64,000 nucleotides of DNA from IMG/VR virus record IMGVR_UViG_3300037346_000668, positions 18,936 through 82,935 of that record; one strand, 5' to 3'. The notes under the pieces were generated by a model. That model saw only the letters and a program-made list of their open reading frames with translations, searched no databases and was not told where the DNA came from. This stretch comes from a virus. Positions 1-8,652 of this stretch are shown here, piece by piece. The translations under genes and the position numbers were made by a program. Position 1 is the stretch's first letter. Every line of letters begins with the position of its first letter.

Positions 1-735
1 AGCATTTTGAGATATAGCAGCTACATCAGCTAGCGTTTTATAAATTCCAGTAATAGAATCATCTGACATCATCAGAAGGAAACAAGAAGATAATTGGGGT
101 TTCTTAGTACCTGCATTAAATAATGTAGGGGTTGCATGTGTCATCATGTGATTTGATAAAAGCTCGTAAGTTTTAATAACGCTCTTTATATCCTCACCCC
201 ATATTCCAGTGGCTACTCGCATGTACATGTGCTGTGGTGATTCGCACACTTCACCATTAGTCTTTAATAAATAACTTTTCTCAAGTGTTCTAAATCCAAA
301 ATATTCGAAATCAAAATCCCTTTCATGTATAATTGCTCCGTCAAGCTTCTGCTTGTTTTTCATAACAACCTCATACGTGAGGTCATTTATAATACCAGCA
401 GGTTCATTGGTTTCGGGATTTATATAATCATATAGATCCTGTATGGTCTCAGAGAATTTTTTCTTGGTCGTTTTATGTAATCTTGATACAGCTATTCTTG
501 ATGCTAATATAGAATAATCAGGATGTCTTGGTATTAACGAAGCAGCAGTCTCAGCAGTAAGATTGTCTAATTCCTGAGTTGTTATTCCATCATAGATACC
601 AGCAATAACTTTCTGCGCTACCTCCATTGCATCAACATAATCGGTGTTTAATCCGTATGTCATTTTTCTTATTCTATTCGAAATTTTTTCAAACCTAACA
701 GCTTCTTTCGAGCCATCTCTTTTAGTTACAAACAT
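1..735 (-). CDS. nrdA: Ribonucleotide reductase class Ia alpha subunit, N-terminal part (runs off window start)
   Basis: Hand translation from ATG at 735: [29 protein letters not shown] (ATP cone) ... [12 protein letters not shown] ... [11 protein letters not shown] ... [12 protein letters not shown] ... QLSSCFL; directly downstream of nrdB. Confidence 0.95.
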   Translation of the reverse strand, partial: MFVTKRDGSKEAVRFEKISNRIRKMTYGLNTDYVDAMEVAQKVIAGIYDGITTQELDNLTAETAASLIPRHPDYSILASRIAVSRLHKTTKKKFSETIQDLYDYINPETNEPAGIINDLTYEVVMKNKQKLDGAIIHERDFDFEYFGFRTLEKSYLLKTNGEVCESPQHMYMRVATGIWGEDIKSVIKTYELLSNHMMTHATPTLFNAGTKKPQLSSCFLLMMSDDSITGIYKTLADVAAISQNA

Positions 736-751
736 ATTTTAGATTAATTTT

Positions 752-1735
752 TTAGAAATCCTCGCCAAAAGCAAAGGTATCGGTATTTTTATTCATTATT
801 CCTGACTTTTGGTAGTCACCAACCTTTTTCTCGAAGAAATTAGTTTTTCCCTGCAAAGCTATATTCTCCATAAAATCGAAAGGACAGGACACATTATAAA
901 CCTTAGAACATCCAAGATCAACTAATAATCTATCAGCAACAAATTCAAGGTACTGTTTCATAAGATCCTGATTCATTCCTATCAATCTAACAGGAAGAGA
1001 TTCTGTTATAAATTCCTTTTCTATCTCAAGCGCACTGAGAATTATTTCTTTTATTCTTTCCTCCGATACTCTATTAGCTAAGTGCTCGTTATGAAGGAGA
1101 ACAGCAAAATCACAATGCATTCCCTCATCCCTAGAAATCAATTCATTAGAAAAACAAAGACCAGGAAGCATACCCCTCTTTTTCATCCAGAAAATAGAAC
1201 AAAATGACCCACTGAAGAATATACCCTCGACAGCAGCAAAAGCTATAAGTCTTTCCTGAAAACTTGCATTTCCTATCCAGTTTAATGCCCATTCAGCTTT
1301 TTTCTTAACTGCCGGTATATTATCAATAGCATTGAATAATCTATCTTTTTCAACTGGATCCTGAATATAGGTATCTATAAGTAGAGAATAGGTCTCGGAA
1401 TGGACATTCTCCATCATGATTTGGAAACCATAGAAAAATTTAGCCTCAGCATATTGAACCTCAGAGAGAAAATTTTCGGCAAGGTTCTCATTAACGATAC
1501 CGTCAGATGCAGCAAAAAACGCCAGAACGTTCTTTATGAAATATCTCTCGTCGTCATTCATTTTATTTCTCCAATCGTTAAGATCAGCAGATAGATCAAT
1601 TTCTTCCGCTGTCCATATTGATGCTTGTTGTTCTTTGTACCTCTCCCAAATATCGTGATGTTCAATTGGGAATATTACAAATCTATTGGGATTATCCGTC
1701 AGAATTGGTTCTGGTAAAGAGTATACGTCTTTCAT
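752..1735 (-). CDS. nrdB: Ribonucleotide reductase class Ia beta subunit
   Basis: [40 protein letters not shown] di-iron/tyrosyl motifs; C-terminal FFEKKV..Y. Confidence 0.97.
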   Translation of the reverse strand: MKDVYSLPEPILTDNPNRFVIFPIEHHDIWERYKEQQASIWTAEEIDLSADLNDWRNKMNDDERYFIKNVLAFFAASDGIVNENLAENFLSEVQYAEAKFFYGFQIMMENVHSETYSLLIDTYIQDPVEKDRLFNAIDNIPAVKKKAEWALNWIGNASFQERLIAFAAVEGIFFSGSFCSIFWMKKRGMLPGLCFSNELISRDEGMHCDFAVLLHNEHLANRVSEERIKEIILSALEIEKEFITESLPVRLIGMNQDLMKQYLEFVADRLLVDLGCSKVYNVSCPFDFMENIALQGKTNFFEKKVGDYQKSGIMNKNTDTFAFGEDF

Positions 1736-1752
1736 TTTTGTTTTGTTTTTTT

Positions 1753-2220
1753 TTAATAATTGTTTTGTTGTCTTCTTCTATTTTCCTGATTTTTACTCAT
1801 ATACATGTTGTACATTTCGGAAGGTGTCATACCTATAGATATTGCGTAGTTCATGAAGAAATGAAGCATATCTATAACTTCAAATTTACATTCTAGTTGA
1901 TCGTCTATAGTAAGATCCGAAAATTTCTTAGATCCATATGTATCATAAGCTAATTTCCATTTTTTCCATATAGCGTTTCCGTTTCCGTCCTTGATACCGC
2001 CAAGTGCATCGGTAGCTTCGTGAATTTCGTCTATCATTGCATGGGTGTTCATATGCCAGAATCCCATAACTTCTCTTAGATTCATTTCCTCAAAATTGTA
2101 GCCATAAACATTCCTCTGTGTATCAGCTTGTAGATTTAGTATGTCCCCGAGGGTGTCACTACTTTTTGAATAAAGATCATCAATATTTAACTCAGAGCAA
2201 CTGTTGTCAATGTTAGCCAT
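1753..2220 (-). CDS. gp56: T4 gp56-like dCTPase/dUTPase (all-alpha NTP pyrophosphatase)
   Basis: [22 protein letters not shown] and [16 protein letters not shown] closely parallel T4 gp56 motifs as recalled (AVWKKWK, DQLEIKFELVDIFHF, KN..N..RQ.NGY). Confidence 0.85.
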   Translation of the reverse strand: MANIDNSCSELNIDDLYSKSSDTLGDILNLQADTQRNVYGYNFEEMNLREVMGFWHMNTHAMIDEIHEATDALGGIKDGNGNAIWKKWKLAYDTYGSKKFSDLTIDDQLECKFEVIDMLHFFMNYAISIGMTPSEMYNMYMSKNQENRRRQQNNY

Positions 2221-2281
2221 TTTATTTAATTTTAGTTAATTTTTAGTTTTTATTACTAGACTCCAGATCGTTCTTGGATTT

Positions 2282-2289
2282 TATATATC
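2282..2289 (-). promoter_or_regulatory. GATATATA motif (putative late promoter) upstream of gp56-like gene
   Basis: Exact copy of an octamer found in 11 intergenic or gene-boundary positions, each oriented toward a start codon. Confidence 0.55.
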
Positions 2290-2321
2290 AACATCAATTC
2301 GGATCTATTGAGGGTAATCCG

Positions 2322-3728
2322 TTAATTTTTCTCTTTCTGTAATACCTTTTTCAAACCATCTATTTCTAGCTCCAATTCAAGCATTTTATCCTTGGTTTTT
2401 CTTCTTCTTGCATACAGATCCTTAATTATTATCTTAAGTATTGGGTTTTCATCATCATTACCAAAATAAGCTCCAGATGCACACTTAATCCAATTTTCCT
2501 TGGGGTTCAGTAGATTCTTTCCCTTATATGATTCAGGGGAAATCCCCCACTGAACCATTGCGTTAGGATACAGAGAAGCAAAATCATAACATGCTACCCA
2601 ACCATGTAGACCCTTTATGGGATCCTTAACATACCCACCAGCAAATTTGACATGTACTTCCTCCTTTCTCTCCGCAGTAAGAACCTGTTTTCTATCTAGA
2701 AATTTCTTCATCATAAGAACTTCTGTTGACCAAACGGGTGAAAGACATCTGTTTATTTCAACACCAGATATCATGGCAATCTTGAAGAAGGTTTGCATAG
2801 TTTTAAGCTTTTGATCTATATAGTGAACAAGAGCACAATCGACAGCATTATAATAGATAAAATCTTCGAAGTTGGATTGATATAAATCTCTAAGAGTTCC
2901 GTCGTAAGCAATCTTTTTAAACCCAACAGCTTTATCAGCAACATAATCAAGTCTATTACTTTCCTTAATCTTTATAACCCGATCCCACTTTTTATAAATC
3001 TCCAAGTAATCAAACATTAATAAATGTTGAGGTAATTGGCCTTTACCAATCAGTGTTCTTCCTGGAGATATAATTTTGGGATCTATACCAAGTCTTTTAG
3101 CCCTATTCAGGAGATATGGCCAGTCGTATCCTAACCAGTTCCATCCAGTCATTGTTGCCATTTTCGGGCCAAGTTCACGGAAGAAAGTGTACATCATATC
3201 ATATTCGGTTTCGAATTGCTTATACTTAAAGCTCCACTCATCACCGGTTTTTTCGAAGTATTTGTTTATCTTATTAAATATACTTCCCTGCTGTTCTGGA
3301 GTTAGTGGATCTAAACCAAGAATCAATAATTTTCTTTTGTCCGTACCAATCCCTATGGATAGTACACGGTTTTTTGCATTTTCTGTATCAAGTGATGCAG
3401 CCTTATCCTCAGTTATCTCAACCTCTATATCGACAAAGTATTTCTTTGGCTCCTGGTACTCCCATAATGGCTTTGTTAATTCATCAGGAGCTTCCATTAA
3501 AATCTGAGCCATTCTATATTTGTCATATCTCTCGGATTTTACTTTCTTAACAGGTTCTCCCTTCCAGTTTGTCCATTCTTTATCCCTCTTAGGATCTCCT
3601 GGGTTGCACCTTTCCCAATTGAATCTTTCGCTCTCCAGTATGGGCACATGTAGAAATGCAAGTTCTCCCTCAGGACCAAAGTGAGATACGTTTAAGTAGC
3701 TTCCCTTATTCTCTATATCAATAATCAT
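2322..3728 (-). CDS. gp43: Family B DNA polymerase, N-terminal subunit (3'-5' exonuclease plus palm motif A); split gene
   Basis: ExoI DIE, ExoII GWNWLGYDWPYL, ExoIII YNAVD, GGYV, motif A DFASLYP. The protein stops in the fingers helix (RRKTKDKM...) and lacks KxxxNSxYG and YGDTDS. Confidence 0.88.
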   Translation of the reverse strand: MIIDIENKGSYLNVSHFGPEGELAFLHVPILESERFNWERCNPGDPKRDKEWTNWKGEPVKKVKSERYDKYRMAQILMEAPDELTKPLWEYQEPKKYFVDIEVEITEDKAASLDTENAKNRVLSIGIGTDKRKLLILGLDPLTPEQQGSIFNKINKYFEKTGDEWSFKYKQFETEYDMMYTFFRELGPKMATMTGWNWLGYDWPYLLNRAKRLGIDPKIISPGRTLIGKGQLPQHLLMFDYLEIYKKWDRVIKIKESNRLDYVADKAVGFKKIAYDGTLRDLYQSNFEDFIYYNAVDCALVHYIDQKLKTMQTFFKIAMISGVEINRCLSPVWSTEVLMMKKFLDRKQVLTAERKEEVHVKFAGGYVKDPIKGLHGWVACYDFASLYPNAMVQWGISPESYKGKNLLNPKENWIKCASGAYFGNDDENPILKIIIKDLYARRRKTKDKMLELELEIDGLKKVLQKEKN

Positions 3729-3750
3729 TCAGAAATATTTTAATGTAGAT

Positions 3751-3778
3751 GTTTTACACCATAATAAACATATGTTCC
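3751..3778 (-). promoter_or_regulatory. GGAAC-N17-TAAAAC putative early/middle promoter of the DNA polymerase gene
   Basis: Matches the bipartite motif also seen upstream of the Hc1-like, gp32, glycosyltransferase and S1 genes. Confidence 0.45.
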
Positions 3779-3783
3779 GATTA

Positions 3784-3791
3784 GATATATA
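3784..3791 (+). promoter_or_regulatory. GATATATA putative late promoter (overlaps T4-type TATAAATA at 3788-3795)
   Basis: 6 nt upstream of ATG 3798. Confidence 0.65.
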
Positions 3792-3797
3792 AATAAT

Positions 3798-4103
3798 ATG
3801 AAAAATTTACAAAAATTCAAAGGTTTCGTTAATGAATGGATCGACTCTCCGGGAAGCGTTGATGTCCCTGGCCAATCATACGAGACAAAGGTAAACAGGA
3901 GAAACTACCAAAGTGCTGATCCAACAATGCCAGAAACAATAGACGCAATGTACGAGTCTTCATATTTCCACGACTTCCTAGATGATGCGGGAAGATCTGA
4001 GGAATTCAATAAATTCATAGGCGAAGATAAAAAATCGGGGTCAGATATAACTGAATATTTAAAGATTTCGTTTCAAGAAAAAAACTCAAAAAAGAAAGAA
4101 TAA
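3798..4103 (+). CDS. Hypothetical protein with capsid-targeting-like N-terminus (putative internal head protein)
   Basis: MKNLQKFKGFVNE resembles the T4 CTS MKTYQEFIAE; preceded by the late-type motif. Confidence 0.65.
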   Translation: MKNLQKFKGFVNEWIDSPGSVDVPGQSYETKVNRRNYQSADPTMPETIDAMYESSYFHDFLDDAGRSEEFNKFIGEDKKSGSDITEYLKISFQEKNSKKKE

Positions 4104-4111
4104 CGGAGAAC

Positions 4112-5077
4112 ATGCAAAATTTTAAAGGGTGGATCAACGAGGCAAGATTGTCAATAAAAGTTGATGTAGAGGAGCTAGAAAAAATATATACACCAGAAAA
4201 CATAGTATTTCCTAACATATTATCAAAATATTTTAATAATATCAGAATAGAGGAAATAAAAAAAGAATGCTCTAAGTTACTTACAGAGGAGTATGATACT
4301 AGGCTAAATGAGAAACTTAAATGGCTAAAATTTTCAGATAAAATAGCAACAGGATATCCAATTATGGAGGCACATTTTAGATTCATGGGTAAATTTTATC
4401 CATTAAATGTTGACATACCCGCGGATTTAAAATCTAATCAACCATCAAAGGAGGGTAATCAAATATACATTCCTATAATTGAAAATATAGCCAGAACGAT
4501 AAAGATATTCAAGGACGAGGAATCACACGAGGAAATAAACAAATCCATAGAATTTCATGCTGGTATAAATAAGGTGAAATATGACGAGGAAAAACTTAAA
4601 TATGTCGTAACAAAACCTAATGATGATTATGGCTACCGAATAGTTATACAAACCGACGGAACTGTTTTAACTGAAGAGGAGTCAAAAAAAATACCAAAAG
4701 ACAAAACTTCAGCATTTGAAGACTCAAAGATACAAAGCTATAATCTAAAAAAAGGTAAGCCTATAAGATTTACATCAAAACTTGGAAGCGATGGGTTTGT
4801 TACAGGAAAGGTATTCAGAATAATTAATAAGAAGTTCAAAAAATTTGGAAGAACAGACAATTGGGCTATATTCGACGATCATATAGAAATGGATCTTGAG
4901 TTTGAAAGAGACGGAAAAACAATGAAGATCCACAAGATGTTCAAACCTAATGATATAATATACCTGCCATTAGGTGAGGATAAGAAATTTGTAAAGTGCG
5001 AGGTTCAAAAGCCCTTCTACGTTTCAAATCCAGTACTTAAGGAACCAATAAATCTAAGGATCAAAGTTCTAAAATAA
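4112..5077 (+). CDS. Hypothetical protein with capsid-targeting-like N-terminus
   Basis: 321 aa ORF starting MQNFKGWINE|A; 8 nt after the previous gene, so probably co-transcribed. Confidence 0.7.
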   Translation: MQNFKGWINEARLSIKVDVEELEKIYTPENIVFPNILSKYFNNIRIEEIKKECSKLLTEEYDTRLNEKLKWLKFSDKIATGYPIMEAHFRFMGKFYPLNVDIPADLKSNQPSKEGNQIYIPIIENIARTIKIFKDEESHEEINKSIEFHAGINKVKYDEEKLKYVVTKPNDDYGYRIVIQTDGTVLTEEESKKIPKDKTSAFEDSKIQSYNLKKGKPIRFTSKLGSDGFVTGKVFRIINKKFKKFGRTDNWAIFDDHIEMDLEFERDGKTMKIHKMFKPNDIIYLPLGEDKKFVKCEVQKPFYVSNPVLKEPINLRIKVLK

Positions 5078-5458
5078 AACAGCATCTAAGTAGGCTCTAA
5101 GCTTACCGTCAGTTGGCTTTATATCGAGATTACCATTAACGAATATTTCCCAGGATTCATTAGCATATATGCCTATTCCTGGAAGTTCGGTAACTCGAGT
5201 AAAGCCTTCTTTGTATGCTCTGCTCATAGCTATTATTCTTCTGGCCTTGATATTATACAAGCCTGTTGTTTTTATGATCGCTGCTAGACGTTCGACGTCG
5301 CAATTGATTGCAGAATGGTAATCAGGAATAATTTCAAATACGGAGTCTAAAATAGGTCGCACCGACCTATTATGGGTCTGGTTCAATAATATACAGCAAA
5401 CTAACATTTTCCATTTATCATTAGGGTAATCCTCCTGTATTAATATCTCTCTATTCAT
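5069..5458 (-). CDS. HhH-GPD DNA glycosylase, MBD4 glycosylase-domain-like
   Basis: WKMLVCCILLNQT, GLYNIKARRI, HhH ELPGIGIYANESWEIF and PTDGKL with the catalytic-position Asp; collinear with the MBD4 C-terminal domain as recalled (WKLLIATIFLNRT...ELHGIGKYGNDSYRIF...PEDHKL). Confidence 0.8.
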   Translation of the reverse strand: MNREILIQEDYPNDKWKMLVCCILLNQTHNRSVRPILDSVFEIIPDYHSAINCDVERLAAIIKTTGLYNIKARRIIAMSRAYKEGFTRVTELPGIGIYANESWEIFVNGNLDIKPTDGKLRAYLDAVLF

Positions 5459-5499
5459 GGTTATAATTTTTTATCGCAATTTAAAAAAAAATCACGAAT

Positions 5500-5527
5500 A
5501 AAAAAAAATCACCCGATTGAGTGATTT
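5500..5527 (-). terminator. Rho-independent terminator
   Basis: Minus strand AAATCACTC-AATC-GGGTGATTT hairpin running into a U-tract, right after the stop at 5529. Confidence 0.7.
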
Positions 5528-5528
5528 A

Positions 5529-5996
5529 TTATTTCTTTTTCTTTCTATTTTTTTGGACAAATTCCTTGTATGAAATCATCTTCTTCTTACTCCTGCCTTT
5601 TTTATTAGCAGCGTTAGTTCCAGCACTCATCATAGTGAACTTATCACCACTACCAATTTTTGTAGTATCATAAAATCCAGAATTTGTTCCATCGTTGGTA
5701 GGCGCAGTGGGATTTCCCATTCCACCAACGTTTCCTAGTGTAGAAAGACCGGGGGCTGGAGACGCTCCTCCGTCCATATCCTCATCAATCTTTCGGACAT
5801 CGGATTTATTACCATTTAGATAGTTTCTCAATTGCCATTTTTCAACACAATAATCATTCTCGCCCAGCCAATTTTCTATACAATTGCATGACTCGTTACA
5901 TCTGCATGTTTCAAGACAAGAATCAATATTTTTTCTTTCATCATCAATACAAACTAATTTTCTTCCGTTTGTACTATTTCCAGTTGGATAAAACAT
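5529..5996 (-). CDS. Hypothetical protein (Cys-rich N-terminus, Gly/Pro-rich middle, basic tail)
   Basis: 155 aa ORF in a tightly packed operon; IDE|D site; C-terminal MISYKEFV. Confidence 0.65.
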   Translation of the reverse strand: MFYPTGNSTNGRKLVCIDDERKNIDSCLETCRCNESCNCIENWLGENDYCVEKWQLRNYLNGNKSDVRKIDEDMDGGASPAPGLSTLGNVGGMGNPTAPTNDGTNSGFYDTTKIGSGDKFTMMSAGTNAANKKGRSKKKMISYKEFVQKNRKKKK

Positions 5997-5997
5997 A

Positions 5998-6225
5998 CTA
6001 TTCCAATATTTCTTTTATATTCTTAGAAAATATTCTTACAACATTTCCAGATTCATTTTTTGTCACATACCCTATTATATCATTATAGGCATCATATATT
6101 GGACTCTGCACTAACAACTTTCTATTCATATTGTCAATAATCCAAGAATTCAATATTCTACTTGTTTCCTTGCTATGAGTCATTGTTCTGATCTCGCTAG
6201 AATTTACTGATCCGCATCCACACAT
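5998..6225 (-). CDS. Hypothetical protein (MCGCG start)
   Basis: 75 aa ORF with 1-2 nt spacing to its neighbours. Confidence 0.6.
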   Translation of the reverse strand: MCGCGSVNSSEIRTMTHSKETSRILNSWIIDNMNRKLLVQSPIYDAYNDIIGYVTKNESGNVVRIFSKNIKEILE

Positions 6226-6227
6226 AA

Positions 6228-6653
6228 TTATCTATAATCTCCTCTAGCCTCTTTTCTCTTCAGATATTGCCAAAGAAAATTTAATCCCTTAGCATAATCC
6301 TTAGCGGTTTTAAAAGGTTCGCTGAATTTTTTTATATCGTTACCGTTTCCCTCACCAATTTCTTTAGACTTTAATGGGTTATATCTTCTGACCGTTCCTG
6401 ATGGATGTATAGTATAAAACACATCACCATGACCGAGTTCTTTTTGCTTTTTAACTCCTCTAACGAACTTCAACGTGTTGTTTATTTCCTGCTGATGTGA
6501 AGTATCATCATCAAAACCAAGAGATAATATTCTTCTATATTCTCTTGATTTTCTTACCCTATCCAATTCAATTTCTCTTCTATATTCGGTTTTATATTCA
6601 TATTCCGGAGAATATGACTTAAAATCAAGAAGATGTTTCATCTGCTTTTTCAT
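6228..6653 (-). CDS. Hypothetical protein, CTS-like N-terminus (MKHLLDFKSY)
   Basis: 141 aa ORF in the operon. Confidence 0.65.
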   Translation of the reverse strand: MKKQMKHLLDFKSYSPEYEYKTEYRREIELDRVRKSREYRRILSLGFDDDTSHQQEINNTLKFVRGVKKQKELGHGDVFYTIHPSGTVRRYNPLKSKEIGEGNGNDIKKFSEPFKTAKDYAKGLNFLWQYLKRKEARGDYR

Positions 6654-6654
6654 A

Positions 6655-7035
6655 TTATTTATTGGAAAGCCAGTCCCTATAATCCTTAAGATTTGATAGG
6701 TTCTTTTTACCTTTTTTTAATTTCTTAGAATCAGTATTCAGAAACGGGACAATATTACTAGGTCCATTAGGATAAAATTTAGGAATCGTTGAAGATCCAA
6801 CAGGTTCCAAAATTACAGGTATGTCCATCTCGTCGACATGATCAGGTAGCTTCTTATTCATATTGCTATATTTCGTAGATGCAAAGGCTTTCAATTCCCT
6901 TTCAGTCATCTCTTTAGACAATCTAACTATCTCGTCTTTATACCTAGGATTAAGTTCAGAAGGTTTCAATTTACCTATCTTAACACCGTAGGCTTGAGCC
7001 ATTAATCTTTGTTGAGCTATACTTGAGGAAGGCAT
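6655..7035 (-). CDS. DUF3008-like protein
   Basis: MPSSSIAQQRLMAQAY...MTERELKAFASTK matches the recalled DUF3008 pattern MPAKSKAQQ...MSEKELE..ASTK. Confidence 0.6.
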   Translation of the reverse strand: MPSSSIAQQRLMAQAYGVKIGKLKPSELNPRYKDEIVRLSKEMTERELKAFASTKYSNMNKKLPDHVDEMDIPVILEPVGSSTIPKFYPNGPSNIVPFLNTDSKKLKKGKKNLSNLKDYRDWLSNK

Positions 7036-7047
7036 ATCCGATTTATT

Positions 7048-7356
7048 TTATTTTAATTTTTCCCACTCTGGTGTGAATCTATTAACCATGGCTGAATGTA
7101 TTAATTGAGGAACACCCGGTTTATACCACATATCTGCAACATAGATACAGTCACCCTCCTTTCCCCCCTCTATTATCTCAACGACATTATAAGTAGCACT
7201 TCCCATACCTGCTATATTACCAGTTTCGATTTCACCAATAATGGGCATTTTTGTTACGTCACCACCACTATATCTAAGTACTTTTCCAGGTCTTCTTGGT
7301 CCATCCATTAATATATCCTCAGATATAAAATTAGAGAAAGGTTTAACATTTTTCAT
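7048..7356 (-). CDS. Hypothetical protein with CTS-like N-terminus (start revised to 7356)
   Basis: MKNVKPFSNFISE|D; the ATG lies 4 nt after GATATATA. Confidence 0.65.
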   Translation of the reverse strand: MKNVKPFSNFISEDILMDGPRRPGKVLRYSGGDVTKMPIIGEIETGNIAGMGSATYNVVEIIEGGKEGDCIYVADMWYKPGVPQLIHSAMVNRFTPEWEKLK

Positions 7357-7360
7357 AATG

Positions 7361-7368
7361 TATATATC
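7361..7368 (-). promoter_or_regulatory. GATATATA putative late promoter
   Basis: Lies between a terminator-like hairpin and ATG 7356. Confidence 0.65.
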
Positions 7369-7372
7369 TAAC

Positions 7373-7406
7373 AAAAAAAAGACTTATAAATATAAGTCTT
7401 TTTTTT
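7373..7406. terminator. Perfect inverted repeat, terminator-like (possibly bidirectional)
   Basis: AAAAAAAAGACTTATA-AA-TATAAGTCTTTTTTTT with 16-bp arms, overlapping the stop of 7384..7644. Confidence 0.65.
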
Positions 7407-7644
7407 TCTTCTCCCAGTCAGAGTCTGACGTTGGTTTCTTATTAAGATCCCAATTTGTATCCGGATTGATTATCTTCTTTTTCTTCTTTTGCCAATCTCC
7501 AAATGTCCATATAAATCTATTATATGCCTTACCTACGGTAGCAAATCCAGTGTCTCCTGGCTGTATAGCTATGGGGGATTGAGGCGGAACATAGGAATCG
7601 GTATTTGAGGATTTAGATCGAGTCTTCGTATCTTTCTTTGTCAT
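7384..7644 (-). CDS. Hypothetical basic protein
   Basis: 86 aa ORF overlapping the upstream gene end. Confidence 0.55.
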   Translation of the reverse strand: MTKKDTKTRSKSSNTDSYVPPQSPIAIQPGDTGFATVGKAYNRFIWTFGDWQKKKKKIINPDTNWDLNKKPTSDSDWEKKKKDLYL

Positions 7645-7846
7645 ATATGACTGTTTCTATTTTTGTTTTTGTAACCTGGATGGTTTCAAAGTCTCCTAGA
7701 GTTCCCTCCATATAAGACGCAACTTTCGTTTCAACGTCCAATACAGATTCTGCTGAAACTAGAAATTGTGATATTGTATAAACTGGATCACCATTCTTTT
7801 TAACTTCTCCCGATTCGAATCTTACTTTTGCTAAGTAGTAGCTCAT
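7613..7846 (-). CDS. DUF4494-like protein
   Basis: YYLAKVRF...KKNG....SQFLVSAESVLDVETKV..Y....DFE...VTKTKI..V resembles the Bacteroidota DUF4494 pattern. Confidence 0.6.
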   Translation of the reverse strand: MSYYLAKVRFESGEVKKNGDPVYTISQFLVSAESVLDVETKVASYMEGTLGDFETIQVTKTKIETVIYDKERYEDSI

Positions 7847-7872
7847 GTTATGTTTTTTTTAAAAATTAATAA

Positions 7873-8052
7873 TTATGCTGTTTTGTTCTTAGAGTCCTGA
7901 ACATCCGTTCTTACTTCCTGAGCAAGAGCTTTCAATTCCTGCATAGCTTTTCTAACTCTTGTACCAGCTGCACTGTTACCTTTACTAAAGAATTTTTCAG
8001 CATCACCTTGTGTTTGCTCTAATAGAGCCTTAATTTGTTCGAATTTTTCCAT
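7873..8052 (-). CDS. Hc1-like (histone H1-like) small protein, 59 aa, missed by the ORF track
   Basis: Hand translation MEKFEQIKALLEQTQGDAEKFFSKGNSAAGTRVRKAMQELKALAQEVRTDVQDSKNKTA; KGNxAAGTRxRK is the Hc1-family signature. Confidence 0.85.
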   Translation of the reverse strand: MEKFEQIKALLEQTQGDAEKFFSKGNSAAGTRVRKAMQELKALAQEVRTDVQDSKNKTA

Positions 8053-8075
8053 TTTAAATTTAATTTTAATTTATT

Positions 8076-8104
8076 ATTATATCAACGATTTTTAAAAAAG
8101 TTCC
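8076..8104 (-). promoter_or_regulatory. GGAAC-N18-TATAAT putative early/middle promoter
   Basis: Bipartite motif upstream of the Hc1-like gene. Confidence 0.55.
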
Positions 8105-8105
8105 C

Positions 8106-8651
8106 TTATCTGCTTATAATTAATGATTTTTCATCCGTACCGTTCTGGACTGCCCAATTTTTACCAAGTTCTGATATACAAATAGACTTCATATATTCTA
8201 TATATTCACCCTTTCCTTTATATTCAAGATTGTCCTGGAGCTCGTCATATATTCTTATCACCTTTGGATTAAGGGAAAGATAATCGAGCACACATCTGAA
8301 TATGTATTCCATTAAGCGGGAAAGCTCGTTACCATCAACCAGGAATTTACTTTCATCAGGAGATGGTATATCCTCTTTATTAATAGCGATATCCTCTATA
8401 ACCTCGTGACCTATTTGATTTATATTAAGTACACAATATGAATTTTTGGCTCCCTCTATAGCTTCATTCTCAGAATACTTCCCTATTATAAGATGGTATC
8501 CCATTTCTTCCTCCCCGTCCTCGCTATCCAATGTGAAAAAATAATGATGAACATCACTAACTTTCTTCATTAAAAAGGACGAAGTCCCAAATCCATCATT
8601 TTCATTTATCGGATTAGTAAATTGCTCAAATGATTCAATAAACTTTTTCAT
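8106..8651 (-). CDS. Hypothetical protein with CTS-like N-terminus
   Basis: MKKFIESFEQFTNPINE|N; 181 aa, acidic. Confidence 0.65.
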   Translation of the reverse strand: MKKFIESFEQFTNPINENDGFGTSSFLMKKVSDVHHYFFTLDSEDGEEEMGYHLIIGKYSENEAIEGAKNSYCVLNINQIGHEVIEDIAINKEDIPSPDESKFLVDGNELSRLMEYIFRCVLDYLSLNPKVIRIYDELQDNLEYKGKGEYIEYMKSICISELGKNWAVQNGTDEKSLIISR

Positions 8652-8652
8652 T

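Noticed and set aside
2221-2330. Frameshift, intron or split intein continuing the DNA polymerase
   Set aside because: Downstream DNA is a short intergenic stretch followed by the gp56-like gene; no polymerase motifs, intein block or intron-sized sequence.
1-5458. Eukaryotic giant virus origin suggested by eukaryote-like RNR, MBD4-like and plant-like GT genes
   Set aside because: gp32, gp61, UvsW/Y, gp3, gp13, gp25, gp6 and gp5 homologs and operon-style packing identify a tailed bacteriophage.
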